A stretch of 64,000 nucleotides of DNA from Candidatus Hydrogenedentota bacterium (GCA_963668025.2 CAXXTH010000012.1:1537-65536); one strand, 5' to 3'; counted from the stretch's first letter, positions 20,480 to 30,006 are shown. Notes: generated by a model not told the origin, from the letters alone. Made by a program: numbers and translations.

Positions 20480-22007
20480 GTAACACTTTAGCCGACTGAA
20501 GTGTTTTCCGGTGGCAGGGGAGGCAATTGGCCGGTGTTGAGGTAGTGGACCAGGGCGTTGCAGACGGTGCAGACGGGGTTTTGCCCGCGTTTTTTCAAAG
20601 TAAAGAAGACGCTCATGAGCACCGCTTGTATGGCGGCTCCTTGGTCGCTGCGGTTGCAGTAACTGTTTTTGCGCAGGATAACGGCAGGACGGATGGAGCG
20701 TTCCGCCAAGTTGTTGTCGAAGGGAACATCTGATTGGCCGAGAAAAGTGAAGAGTTCATCCTGGTGTCGGCGCAGCCTTTTTATGAGGCGCTTGGCGTTG
20801 GCGTCCTCCCAGGGCGTATCGCACAAGTCCCGCAAGCGCCGGGCGAAGCGCGCGCGGCGCGAGTCGTACGCCTCCGGTTCGAGCTCGCCGCGCCGCCGCC
20901 ACAGCCGGATGGCGTCGGCAATCAGGCGGCGCAGCTTTTTGGCGAAGGCGGGCCAGGCCGGGCTGGGCGATTTGTATTTCTCCACGTGCTCGAGTTCGCG
21001 CAACAAATGCACGAGGCACTTCTGCCGGGCGGCGCACGCCACGGCGTTGTACGCGGCCCAGAAGTCGGCCACCAGCGTTCCGGCGAATTCCCGCGTGAAG
21101 AACTGCTGGAGCGCCGGACTCCCCCGCGAATGGTCGATCAGGAAAAAGCTCAGCCCTTTGGTGGCGAAACACCACAGCCATCGGGTCTTGCCATTCACGC
21201 GCCAGCCGGTCTCGTCGGCGTTGAGCACCGCCGAGTCCAGCGCTTCCTGGTGAATGGCCTCGTACCAAGGCAGGAGAATCTCCGCCAGCCTGCGCCACAT
21301 GTGCAGCAGCCCGCCCGGCGTGACCTGGAAAAGCAGGTGGAAATCGAAGACCTCCACGATTTGCGAAAGCGTGTTGCCCAACACATAGTGCAGCCACGCG
21401 CTGAGGACCAGCACCCGGTTGCCCAGGGTCGCGCCCGGCAAGGCCGCCGCCACAACCGGCTCGACTTTCTTCTTGCATCGCGGACACCAGTCGCGGTGAA
21501 TGGTATGCTCGGTGATTTCCGGACGGATGCCTTCGGGTATGTCTTCGGTGTAGCGCGTGCGGGTCTCCGCGCGGCGGTCCAGCGGCCCGCCGCAGTCGGG
21601 ACACACCTTGGTGCGGTGTGTTTCACGCCGGTCGATACGTTCGGGCGGCACGCGCCGGCTGCCGGGGTGGCCCATCTTGCGTCCCGGCTTTTTCTTGCCG
21701 CGCACAGGCGTCTGGGGTTTCCCGTAAACTGGCTGCATGCCCGAAGGGGTGGAGGGCGTTTGGTGGGAAGTGAACGCCGCCTCGGCCTGCTGCTCCGACA
21801 GCAGCTTGGATTGCGCCAACAGGGCAAACACCACGGCATCTTCGCCCAATGCGTAGATCGCTCGGGCTTGCTCCTCCGAGAGCAGCGGTCCCAATGGAAT
21901 GCCACTTATTGCCGTCGCCATGGCGTCTTGGCCCAAAACCACAACATCTTGTAACTATATTATACCGAAACGCTACTTATAGTTGCGCCAGACGGCTAAA
22001 GTGTTAC
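20480..22007 (-). mobile_element. IS66-family insertion sequence (single-ORF, ISBst12-like organisation), 1528 bp
   Basis: Terminal inverted repeats begin with GTAA: GTAACACTTTAGCCGACTG at 20480 and its complement CAGACGGCTAAAGTGTTAC ending at 22007 (15/15 identical at the tips). A perfect 8-bp target-site duplication GAATTTCT lies at 20472-20479 and 22008-22015. Confidence 0.9.
20488..21942 (-). CDS. IS66-family transposase (TnpC-type DDE with zinc finger)
   Basis: CPDCGGPL...DWCPRCKKKV zinc-finger region, then NADETGWRVNGKTRWLWCF..., LVADFWAAYN and QKCLVHLLRE, typical of IS66 TnpC. The ATG at 21921 is the likelier start. Confidence 0.9.
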   Translation of the reverse strand: MVLGQDAMATAISGIPLGPLLSEEQARAIYALGEDAVVFALLAQSKLLSEQQAEAAFTSHQTPSTPSGMQPVYGKPQTPVRGKKKPGRKMGHPGSRRVPPERIDRRETHRTKVCPDCGGPLDRRAETRTRYTEDIPEGIRPEITEHTIHRDWCPRCKKKVEPVVAAALPGATLGNRVLVLSAWLHYVLGNTLSQIVEVFDFHLLFQVTPGGLLHMWRRLAEILLPWYEAIHQEALDSAVLNADETGWRVNGKTRWLWCFATKGLSFFLIDHSRGSPALQQFFTREFAGTLVADFWAAYNAVACAARQKCLVHLLRELEHVEKYKSPSPAWPAFAKKLRRLIADAIRLWRRRGELEPEAYDSRRARFARRLRDLCDTPWEDANAKRLIKRLRRHQDELFTFLGQSDVPFDNNLAERSIRPAVILRKNSYCNRSDQGAAIQAVLMSVFFTLKKRGQNPVCTVCNALVHYLNTGQLPPLPPENTSVG

Positions 22008-22871
22008 GAATTTCTTTTCCGTGACTCCAGGCCGGGCGGGTTCACTGGCCCCATACGCATAACTCATATCCCCACCCATTCCGGGGGCATTGGGCGCGAG
22101 CTTGCTCACATCGCCCGCCACGAGTTTGACCTTGGCGTTCTCGAAGGATAGCCCACTTTGGTTATCAAGCGTCATCCAGCCCACGAGCTGGACGGTGTCT
22201 CCGGTTTCGGGCGACACTAGGTTGTAACTCGCCTCCCAGCCCATACCGCCGGTGACATATGACAGTTCGGCGTCGAGTGGCCCCGCCTGATCCGTTTCCA
22301 ATTTCCAGGCAAGCGTAGGCTTGAGGATGGAATCATCAGGGAGCTGGGGAAAAAGAGGCCTTCCCGGCAGGCCAAATTGGAGTTTCCCCTCGCTTGTTTC
22401 GATGATTGTCTGGTCCGAAGGCCCGCCTGGCATGTTCATTCTAGCCGACTGGGCCATGTAGTAGTCGTTGCCATACCGCCGCATCGCGGTGGCATCGTGC
22501 CATACGTATCCGCTACGTACGATTTTGCCAGGGATGACCGTCTGGCCTTCAGGCCGTTCAATCAAGAAATCAATGGTTTGCCCCTCAAAATAGGACAGCA
22601 GCAAACCTTGAGAAACCGGGTCCGCCCGGTAATTCTGTTCGAGGATGCGCAACGTCCGCTGCCCCGCCGGATCGCGCAGGATGACCGAGTCCGGCTCGAG
22701 TTGCGCCGTGAGGTTGTTGTACGAAATCGTGTTTTCTCCGGCTTCAAGCGCCAGGGGGATCATATCGCGGACAACGGCGAAATTACTTGAATAGATGGTA
22801 AGGGCGGGTTCCGAATCCGCATAGAAGGAAAACAAAAGCATACCCATGGCGCATAGCATTGCTCTCATCAC
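22008..22871 (-). pseudogene. DUF4139-family protein, N-terminal part with signal peptide (gene split by IS66 insertion)
   Basis: Signal-like MMRAMLCAMGMLLFSFYA. ...YNLVSPETGDTVQLVGWMTLDNQSGLSFENAKVKLVAGDV... resembles the DUF4139/DUF4140 family. The ORF runs into the IS end (…EKKFVTL*). Confidence 0.75.
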
Positions 22872-23215
22872 GGCATCCTCCTTTTGATTGTGAGTTTAAT
22901 CTATTCCATCATATGGGCATAATCTTAGAACAACTATATAATTAGTTTCAATGCGAAAAAAAGTTCCAGGATGGGTGGAGGATATCCTGCTTTTCAACGA
23001 ATATGCCGGACAGGATGATTTTGGCTCATACGAGAGGGTTTCTCTTGAATTCTATTGCACGTCGCGAAGAATGCAACCGTTAAAAGCGCGACATACCTAC
23101 AATAAAAAAACTTCGCCACACTTTAGCCATCTGGAACAAAAACATTGGGTTGATTTTTTAAACCACGAATAGATGCGAATAAACGCGAATTCATGACAAA
23201 CCTCTGTTAACGGCT

Positions 23216-23560
23216 GTGCGAGCAATATGGCTGGAAGTTCATGATTATGCTCACGGACGACCAATTGGCCACCGTGAACGAGGAATTCGAGAGCCTCGCG
23301 CCGTGAGGCCCGAAAACCAGCTTACGTGGCGTTGCGGCAGCAAGAAGGAAATCCACCAGCAGTTTCGCTGGTTCAACGACATCCCCTACCGCGACTCCGA
23401 GCGGCGGGAACACATCCCGTCCGTGCTCGAATGCGTGGACACCCGCCCGGACGCAGAAGGCATGATGAAGAAAACCAAGTTCAAATGGGTGACCAACGTG
23501 CCCGTATCCGCGCACAATGCGGCCGCCTTGGCCAATGAAGGAGGACGCTCCTCCACGTCC
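23216..23560 (+). pseudogene. Internal fragment of a DDE transposase (IS4-like superfamily, family uncertain), frameshifted and truncated
   Basis: YGWKFMIMLTDDQLATVNEEFESL is followed, after a frame change, by ...QQFRWFNDIPYRDSERREHIPSVLECVDTRPDAEGMMKKTKFKWVTNVPVSAHNAAALANEGGR. There is no start and no catalytic C-terminus. Confidence 0.5.
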
Positions 23561-23722
23561 CGCCCCCCCGTTCACCGGCTTCTACGCATAGCCCGAGCTC
23601 CTCCTGTTGCCCGTCGACCTCACTATTCCCGTCTAACCCGCATCTCCCCAACGCCTGACGCTGGATCCTCGCTATTCTTCACCGATGAGGAACGTTTGGG
23701 CCTGCGTCAAAAAAGTGGTTTT

Positions 23723-23850
23723 TCATCCGGTTCTTTGTTCCCAATACTCATCGAAGCGATTGGATTGAATAAGGCATCGCAACGCGGTAATGGCGTTTGC
23801 GCCTCGGACGGTCCATTCCATACCGGAGTGCTTCATACGCTGGCCAACGA
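23723..23850 (-). pseudogene. C-terminal relic of a second transposase
   Basis: The minus-strand peptide GQRMKHSGMEWTVRGANAITALRCLIQSNRFDEYWEQR* resembles the conserved C-terminal tail of several IS transposase families. The rest of the gene is absent. Confidence 0.35.
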
Positions 23851-23932
23851 TCGTCCTGCACGGCATAAAATAACTCAATTCTACGATTGCAATATAGATA
23901 TTTGGTATTATATTATCTTGCTACGCAAGATT

Positions 23933-25528
23933 TTAAGCGATTGGATTCAGTTTCGCCCATGAAGCAACAGCTTGCTCCAAAGTATCAAGTTGTCCATTGA
24001 TACCACGGATCCAGTGTTTATATTCGTCCCGAGATAAACATGAAGCCGCATAAATAAACGCTCTGCGCATCCAAGGAGTCATATCGCAAATAGTCTGTTT
24101 CCGTTCTCTAAACCAAAAATCCTTCTTACTGCGACCCATTGCCAGCATGATCTCTCGCCTTGAGAAATCATCAATAGCATCATTGTAGAGCCTGATATAA
24201 TGGTCTTCAGAATCCCAGTTCCCATCCAGCGCAAATGGTCTCAATACATACATTCGAGAGTACTCAAGATGAGAGACAGTTGAAGTCTTATCGTTGTATA
24301 TACTGATGATACGTTCACCAAAGACTTTCTTCTGTTCCGATGTTAACGTATTCTGTTTGAGTAAATACTCGATTGTCTCACGAATAACAGGTACGAATTT
24401 TGAAAAATTATCGAATATATAGGTGGCAATATCTACATCTCCGAGTTGTCCAAGCCGCCTAAGCAGGAATTTCAGTAGTGATAAGTCAGGCTCTTCTTCT
24501 TTAAGGTGCTCTACTAATATAGATTCAAGGTTCAGATTATCAAGGGCTCTTTGATGCTCCGGCTGCAATGAATCATAGTCTATGTCTTCATATGGGTTTT
24601 CGATACCTATTTGATCTAGCAAATCAAAAAAACGTTCTGTTAAAGTGTCTAGCTCACGTGTTTCATTTTCTCGGAGATAAATCGTCTTGAACGCTTCGAC
24701 CGTAATGATTTTTGTCTTGTTCTGCTGAAGAGTTAATCCATGATTATTGTAAAGCACTCTTGCAAGTAGAGTTAGATATTTGTATGCATCTCCTTCAGAA
24801 TTGCAGAAAATTCGAAAATCATCTGAATAGCGAAGGTATTTAGCATTTTCTGAAAGCAACGACTGGTCAACATCAGACAAACACAGTTCAGCGATCAAAC
24901 GCGATGCAGATGAGCCAACAGGTATACCATAGGAGTATGATCCAGCCCAGTGATTGATAAGTGTTCTTAGGGCAACTGCATGCATATGCCCACTTCCCAA
25001 AGCGCGGTCAAGAGCGTTTTCAATGCGATGGGTATAAAGTCGAGGGTAAAAATCTGCAATGTCGGCAATTACTACGTGAGAGAAACTATGCTCCTCACAT
25101 CTCTTCAAAGATGCTTGTTGAAAACTATGAAATGAATAATGCTCGGAAAACATTCGCCCATTTTGCTCTGGTTGAAAACGAAAGGAATGAACAATGTCAT
25201 CAATTGTTGGTATTCTCTCTAGCTCAAGCTCTTGTCCGACTTCATATACCAAGGCTGTAAATACCAAGAAATCTAGTGGATCTAGCTGCGTAGAAATCCG
25301 AAATCCAAAGCGATGCTTAGGAACTAAACACCGTCGGAATGCTCTGATCTCCCAATTTAATATATCAGTGTTTTTTATGTAGGTCTTTACTGCGTCCCAG
25401 TCTTCCCTTATTGCATCAAATTCAAAAACTTCAGGGAAAATGTCTGTGTCATGCCACGATAGAGCATGTATCAAAGACCAGTCTAGGGAAGCATCCTTCA
25501 GAGTCAAAGGCATGAGTTTTCCCCTCAA
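23933..25528 (-). CDS. Stand-alone reverse transcriptase with helical C-terminal extension (Abi/UG, defence-associated RT-like)
   Basis: RT motifs in order: LVPKHRFGFRISTQLDPLD, VIADIADFYPRLYTH, GIPVGSSASRLIAELCL, YLRYSDDFRIF (YxDD), LTLQQNKTKI. A helical tail of about 230 aa follows. There is no maturase, endonuclease or Cas domain. The gene is AT-rich relative to its flanks. Confidence 0.85.
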   Translation of the reverse strand: MRGKLMPLTLKDASLDWSLIHALSWHDTDIFPEVFEFDAIREDWDAVKTYIKNTDILNWEIRAFRRCLVPKHRFGFRISTQLDPLDFLVFTALVYEVGQELELERIPTIDDIVHSFRFQPEQNGRMFSEHYSFHSFQQASLKRCEEHSFSHVVIADIADFYPRLYTHRIENALDRALGSGHMHAVALRTLINHWAGSYSYGIPVGSSASRLIAELCLSDVDQSLLSENAKYLRYSDDFRIFCNSEGDAYKYLTLLARVLYNNHGLTLQQNKTKIITVEAFKTIYLRENETRELDTLTERFFDLLDQIGIENPYEDIDYDSLQPEHQRALDNLNLESILVEHLKEEEPDLSLLKFLLRRLGQLGDVDIATYIFDNFSKFVPVIRETIEYLLKQNTLTSEQKKVFGERIISIYNDKTSTVSHLEYSRMYVLRPFALDGNWDSEDHYIRLYNDAIDDFSRREIMLAMGRSKKDFWFRERKQTICDMTPWMRRAFIYAASCLSRDEYKHWIRGINGQLDTLEQAVASWAKLNPIA

Positions 25529-26108
25529 TTGGATATTAACCGCACATATAGAAACTGTAATTCTGAGCTAAACTATTTGCATATTCTTCTTGGCAAATCA
25601 AATCGCAATATTTATAGCACCTGTCGAGGCGCTAAGATATACACGAATTCTGGACAGGAATCAGGATATGAACGCAACGGAAAATGCGTTTGGCTCAGTA
25701 AAGTGTTGAAAAAATGTTCAGAACAATCTGTTCTTGCACTGCGTGCGCCATACGGGTTCAACCACATGGCTTCCAAGCTTTCCTGATGCTGCAATACGGA
25801 AAGTAAGTCTCGGCGATTTTTCCATGATCAAAACATGGGGCCGCCTATGTAATCTGCACAAGACGTAGCGTGTTTTCATGTTTTCATCTGGTCTTATGAT
25901 AAGCATCTTATGCCGTACGATCTGCAGCCATAAGCAATCGGCTTTTATCGGCCATTTTTTGCAGCGAGCGATTGTATGAAATATCTGGATTACGGGAGCT
26001 ATCTGGAGTCCGCAATCCGTGTTTGACGAGCATTAAAGGCATGTGATAAACTCGCCGGTCTATCGCAGGGATAGATCTGTCTGAATACGAAAACTGCAGG
26101 CGTACACG

Positions 26109-27473
26109 ATGTTTGAATCGCTGAGCAAGAGATTAGAGCGCACATTCCGGAATATTCGCGGCCAGGGCAAGCTGACCGAGAAAAATATGAAGGACAGCCT
26201 TCAGGAGATCCGTGTCGCCCTGCTCGAGGCCGATGTTAATTATAAGGTCGTTAAGCAGTTCATTACGGATGTGCAGGAAGCCGCCCTCGGGCGCGAGGTG
26301 CTCGAGAGCATCCAGCCTGGACAGATGATCGTCAAGATCGTCCATGACGAGTTGATCAAAATCATGGGCAGCGAGAGCGCTCCGCTCGATATGTGCGCCA
26401 CGCCGCCTACGATCATTATGATGGTGGGCCTGCAAGGCCAAGGCAAAACGACCAGTGCGGGCAAATTGGCCCTGCATTTGAAGAAAAAAGGGCATCGCCC
26501 GCTACTGGTGGGCGCGGATGTATACCGTCCCGCGGCTATCAAGCAGTTGGAAGTGGTGGCGCGCCAGGCGGAGTCGGAATTTTTCAGCTTGGGCGAGCAG
26601 GCGGACCCGGTTGATACATGCTTGATGGCGCGCGGCGAAGCGCAATTGCGCAATTGCGATGTCATTATTCTGGACACGGCGGGCCGCTTGCATGTGGACG
26701 AGCAGATGATGGGCGAAGTGCGCCGCATTCATACGCAGGTCCATCCGAATGAGATTTTGTTCGTGGCCAACGCCATGACGGGCCAGGACGCCGTGAATTC
26801 GGCCAAGCAGTTCCACCAGGCGCTGCCGTTGTCGGGCGTCATCTTGACGCAGCTCGATGGCGATGCGCGTGGCGGTGCGGCGATAAGTTTGACGTATGTG
26901 ACCCAGTGCCCCATCAAGTTCGTGGGCACGGGCGAAAAGCTGGATGCGCTGGATATATTTCATCCCCGGCGCATGGCCGACCAAATCCTGGGGATGGGCG
27001 ACATCGTGTCGCTTGTCGAAAAGGCCCAGGAGGTGGTGGACCGGGATAAGGCCATCGAGTTCCAACAGAAGGCCCGCAAGGCTTCTTGGGATCTCGAAGA
27101 CTTTTTACAGCAGATGCAGCAAATTAAGAAGATGGGCTCGTTCAGCGACATTCTGGGCAAGATCCCCGGCATGAGCAAGCTGATGGGGTCGGAAGAGATC
27201 GACACGAGCGAGTTGAAGTATTATGAAGCCATTATCCGGTCGATGACCATGAAAGAACGGCGCAATCCGAAAATCCTCAACGGGAGCCGCCGCCTGCGCA
27301 TCGCGGATGGCAGCGGCACGCAAGTGCAGGATGTGAACCGGCTGCTCAAGGATTTTGACCAGACGCGTAAGATGATGAAGCAAATGATGAAAGGCAAAGC
27401 CTTTAAACAAATGGCGGCGAAAGGCAAGATGCCTAAGGGCATGGGCCCCATGGGGCCGTTCCCGGGCATGTAG
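26109..27473 (+). CDS. ffh: Signal recognition particle protein
   Basis: NG domain GLQGQGKTTSAGKLA, DTAGRLH, LTQLDGDARGGAA, and a Met-rich M domain at the C-terminus. Confidence 0.95.
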   Translation: MFESLSKRLERTFRNIRGQGKLTEKNMKDSLQEIRVALLEADVNYKVVKQFITDVQEAALGREVLESIQPGQMIVKIVHDELIKIMGSESAPLDMCATPPTIIMMVGLQGQGKTTSAGKLALHLKKKGHRPLLVGADVYRPAAIKQLEVVARQAESEFFSLGEQADPVDTCLMARGEAQLRNCDVIILDTAGRLHVDEQMMGEVRRIHTQVHPNEILFVANAMTGQDAVNSAKQFHQALPLSGVILTQLDGDARGGAAISLTYVTQCPIKFVGTGEKLDALDIFHPRRMADQILGMGDIVSLVEKAQEVVDRDKAIEFQQKARKASWDLEDFLQQMQQIKKMGSFSDILGKIPGMSKLMGSEEIDTSELKYYEAIIRSMTMKERRNPKILNGSRRLRIADGSGTQVQDVNRLLKDFDQTRKMMKQMMKGKAFKQMAAKGKMPKGMGPMGPFPGM

Positions 27474-27534
27474 CCGGTATAGGGCGGGCGCGGGTGCGTT
27501 CCGCGAACAGGATGGAAACAGGAGAAGCAATCGA

Positions 27535-27852
27535 ATGGCAACAGTGATTCGGATGAAGCGGGGAGGACGGACCCACGCGCCCTACTACCGTGTAGTGGTC
27601 ATGGACCAGCGTGATCGGACGCGCGGGCGCGTGCTCGATGAAATCGGCGTTTATCATCCTTGCGCACGGCCGGAACCGATGATCGAATTGGATGCCCAGA
27701 AAGCCCTTGAATGGCTGTATAAAGGCGCGGCTTGCTCGGATACGGCCCGCAAAGTCCTCTCGCAGAAGGGCGTTATGGCCGCGTTTGCCAAAGGTGCGAA
27801 GCCTGAGGAGTTTGCTCCCGCTGCTCCCGCCGCGCCTGCCGCAGGCGAGTAG
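27535..27852 (+). CDS. rpsP: 30S ribosomal protein S16
   Basis: MATVIRMKRGGRTHAPYYRVVVMDQRDRTRGRVLDEIGVYHP..., in conserved position after ffh. Confidence 0.95.
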   Translation: MATVIRMKRGGRTHAPYYRVVVMDQRDRTRGRVLDEIGVYHPCARPEPMIELDAQKALEWLYKGAACSDTARKVLSQKGVMAAFAKGAKPEEFAPAAPAAPAAGE

Positions 27853-27919
27853 ACGGCATTCTAGAATGGCCTCGAAGGAGGCCGGGCCGCGCCATTTACC
27901 GGCGCAGGATTGAAGTGTA

Positions 27920-28150
27920 ATGAAAGAATTGATTGAATTGATCGCCAGGAAGCTCGTCGAGCACCCGGATGATGTGCGGGTGTCCGCCACGGAGAGCGAA
28001 GACGGGCAGGCTATCGAGCTGCGGGTGCATCCGGACGATATGGGCCGGGTCATCGGCAAGGACGGGCGTACGGCCAAGGCCATCCGCACCGCGCTTGCTT
28101 CCGCCGCGACCAAACAGGATGTCCACGTCCAATTGCAGATTGTCGAGTAG
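27920..28150 (+). CDS. KH-domain RNA-binding protein (UPF0109/YlqC-like)
   Basis: ELRVHPDDMGRVIGKDGRTAKAIRT (the GxxG KH motif), 76 aa, in the conserved slot between rpsP and rimM. Confidence 0.85.
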   Translation: MKELIELIARKLVEHPDDVRVSATESEDGQAIELRVHPDDMGRVIGKDGRTAKAIRTALASAATKQDVHVQLQIVE

Positions 28151-28160
28151 TCCGGAAGCC

Positions 28161-28688
28161 ATGCCGGACGGGTGGACATCCGTGGGCGTTGTGCGTTCGG
28201 TGAATCCGGCGCGCCGGGAATTGCGCATAGCGCCTTCCCGAGGCAAGCAGCGCTGGTTTGACGGCTTGGAATGGCTTGGGGCAGTGCAGCCTGGAAAGGC
28301 CGCGCCGCTTCGATGTAAAGCCGCCCGGATGCGCTGGCATGGTGATTTCGCCATTGTGGAGTTGAGCCCGGGCGTGGCGCGGGAAACCGTCGCGAGTTTA
28401 AAAGGTGCGGAAGTGTTGGTTCCGGAGACGCAGCGGCCCGCCGCCAGTGAAGACTGGCATGGGGAAGAATTGCTGCATTTTCGGGTGCGCGCCGTGGATG
28501 GCGAATGGATTGGCGAAGTAGTGGGTGTGCTGGCTACCGCCGCCCATGATGTGCTCGAGATCGCATTGGCTTCCGGCGGGCGCATGCTGGTTCCGGCGAT
28601 ACCCGAGGTGATTCAAGAAATAGCATGGGAAGAGGGCGTGATGATTGTTCACGATGTAGCGCCCTATGCGGTGCATGATGCGGATTGA
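28161..28688 (+). CDS. rimM: 16S rRNA processing protein RimM
   Basis: Position between the KH protein and trmD. Motifs: G.VVRSVN...; C-terminal PRC-barrel-like ...HDVLEIALASGGRMLVPAIPEVIQEI. Start taken at MPDGW. Confidence 0.8.
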   Translation: MPDGWTSVGVVRSVNPARRELRIAPSRGKQRWFDGLEWLGAVQPGKAAPLRCKAARMRWHGDFAIVELSPGVARETVASLKGAEVLVPETQRPAASEDWHGEELLHFRVRAVDGEWIGEVVGVLATAAHDVLEIALASGGRMLVPAIPEVIQEIAWEEGVMIVHDVAPYAVHDAD

Positions 28689-29454
28689 CATCCTCACCCT
28701 GTTCCCTGAGATGATAGAAGAGGTGCTTCGGACCAGCCTCTTGGGAAAAGCCCTTGAGAAGGGCATTCTCGATGTAAAGGCTACGAACATCCGTGACTTT
28801 GCTTTTGACCGGCACCGGACGGTGGATGATGCGCCATTTGGCGGCGGCGCGGGCATGGTGATGAAATGCGAACCGTTGTTCGCGGCGGTCGAGAGTCTGC
28901 GCGGGCGTAATTCGCTCGAACGGGTGATATTGATGTCGCCGCGCGGACGGACGCTGACGCAGGACTTGGTGCGCGAATTGTCGGCGGCGCCGGATATAGT
29001 GCTGATTTGCGGGCGCTATGAAGGTGTGGATGAACGGGTAAGCCAGGCGTTATGCACCGATGAGATATCGGCCGGCGATTATGTGTTGAGTGGCGGAGAA
29101 TTGCCCGCGCTAGTGCTGGTGGAGGCGATGAGCCGGATGCTGCCGGGCGTAGTCGGCGATTGGGAGTCCGTCGAGACGGATTCATTTTATAACGGCGTGC
29201 TTGGCCCGCCGCAGTATACGCGCCCGGCGGAATTTCAGGGTATCGAGGTTCCGGCGGTGTTGCGGGAAGGAAATCACGCGGCCATCGCGCGATGGCGGCG
29301 CAAAGAGGCGTTACGGGTGACAATGGCCAGACGGCCGGACTTATTGTGTACATGCAATGCGAGTGACAGGGCGCTCCTCGCGGAGCTTGAGGCGGAAAAC
29401 GGCGTCCAAGATTCCGCGGCGCAACCGGCAGCCGAAAAGGAGAACAAGTCGTGA
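28675..29454 (+). CDS. trmD: tRNA (guanine37-N1)-methyltransferase
   Basis: [12 protein letters not shown]..., [49 protein letters not shown]. It overlaps the rimM stop. Confidence 0.95.
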   Translation: MMRIDILTLFPEMIEEVLRTSLLGKALEKGILDVKATNIRDFAFDRHRTVDDAPFGGGAGMVMKCEPLFAAVESLRGRNSLERVILMSPRGRTLTQDLVRELSAAPDIVLICGRYEGVDERVSQALCTDEISAGDYVLSGGELPALVLVEAMSRMLPGVVGDWESVETDSFYNGVLGPPQYTRPAEFQGIEVPAVLREGNHAAIARWRRKEALRVTMARRPDLLCTCNASDRALLAELEAENGVQDSAAQPAAEKENKS

Positions 29455-29840
29455 AAGTCGTGCAGGAAATTAAAAATGCCCAAATGAAGCCCGCGGATCA
29501 AATCCCGCAGTTCAATGTGGGCGATACGGTGCGCGTACACTTCCGCATCGTGGAAGGCGAAAAGGAGCGTGTCCAGGTATTCGAAGGCGTTGTGATTGGC
29601 CGCCAAGGCGAAGAGAGTCCGGAAGCCAAGTTCACGGTGCGCCGCGTTGCATTTGGCGAAGGTGTCGAGCGCGTATTCCCGCTTCATTCGCCGCGCGTCG
29701 AGAAAGTGCAAGTGGTGCGTGAAGGCAGCGTGCGCCGCGCCAAGCTGTACTATCTGCGCGACCGTGCGGGCAAAGCCGCGCGCGTGAAGGCAAAAGCGCG
29801 CGCCACGGGCGCAAAAGCCGGTAAAAAAGCAGCCGAATAA
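29451..29840 (+). CDS. rplS: 50S ribosomal protein L19
   Basis: [32 protein letters not shown]...RRAKLYYLR. The GTG start overlaps the trmD stop (GTGA). Confidence 0.95.
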   Translation: MKVVQEIKNAQMKPADQIPQFNVGDTVRVHFRIVEGEKERVQVFEGVVIGRQGEESPEAKFTVRRVAFGEGVERVFPLHSPRVEKVQVVREGSVRRAKLYYLRDRAGKAARVKAKARATGAKAGKKAAE

Positions 29841-29921
29841 GCTGTCTGGCTGTTCCCAAAAAGGGCCGTACGCCTGGCGTAATGAGCAGGTGTGACGTGG
29901 AGCCGATTAACTTGTATAGTA

Positions 29922-29953
29922 AGGGCGGAATCGTTCCGCCCTTTCTTTGTATT
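29922..29953 (+). terminator. Rho-independent terminator after rplS
   Basis: The AGGGCGGAA-TCG-TTCCGCCCT hairpin is followed by the T-rich tract TTCTTTGTATTT. Confidence 0.55.
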
Positions 29954-30006
29954 TCCCGCCCATTTGGCGTGGCGGCGCCGCGAAATACGGCGGGCAAGGT
30001 GAATGA

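Noticed and set aside
20734-21954. Long antisense or shadow ORFs in GC-rich genes, for example 20734..21954(+), 4513..5439(-), 27433..28179(-), 28781..29353(-), 59261..60223(-) and 45137..45964(+).
   Set aside because: They lie opposite or out of frame to genes with strong family signatures. Their composition is Arg/Ala/Gly/Pro-rich and low-complexity, which is typical of non-coding frames in high-GC DNA.
23216-23962. A 248-aa plus-strand ORF spanning the transposase relic and running into the RT gene end.
   Set aside because: Only residues matching the transposase fragment look protein-like. The rest is read-through of non-coding DNA and of the antisense strand of another relic. I annotated it as a pseudogene fragment instead.
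23933-25528. The RT as a retron, group II intron or DGR reverse transcriptase.
   Set aside because: At 531 aa with a long helical tail it is too large for retron or DGR RTs. It has no maturase-X or endonuclease domain. I saw no domain-V-like intron motif and no obvious msr/msd-type flanking inverted repeats. No target or template repeat pair or accessory variability gene is nearby. A profile search is still needed.
25612-25906. Two small minus-strand ORFs (60 and 62 aa) upstream of the RT that might be accessory proteins.
   Set aside because: They overlap each other in different frames, have no RBS-like sequence, and their composition looks random. I treated the region as candidate non-coding or ncRNA sequence.
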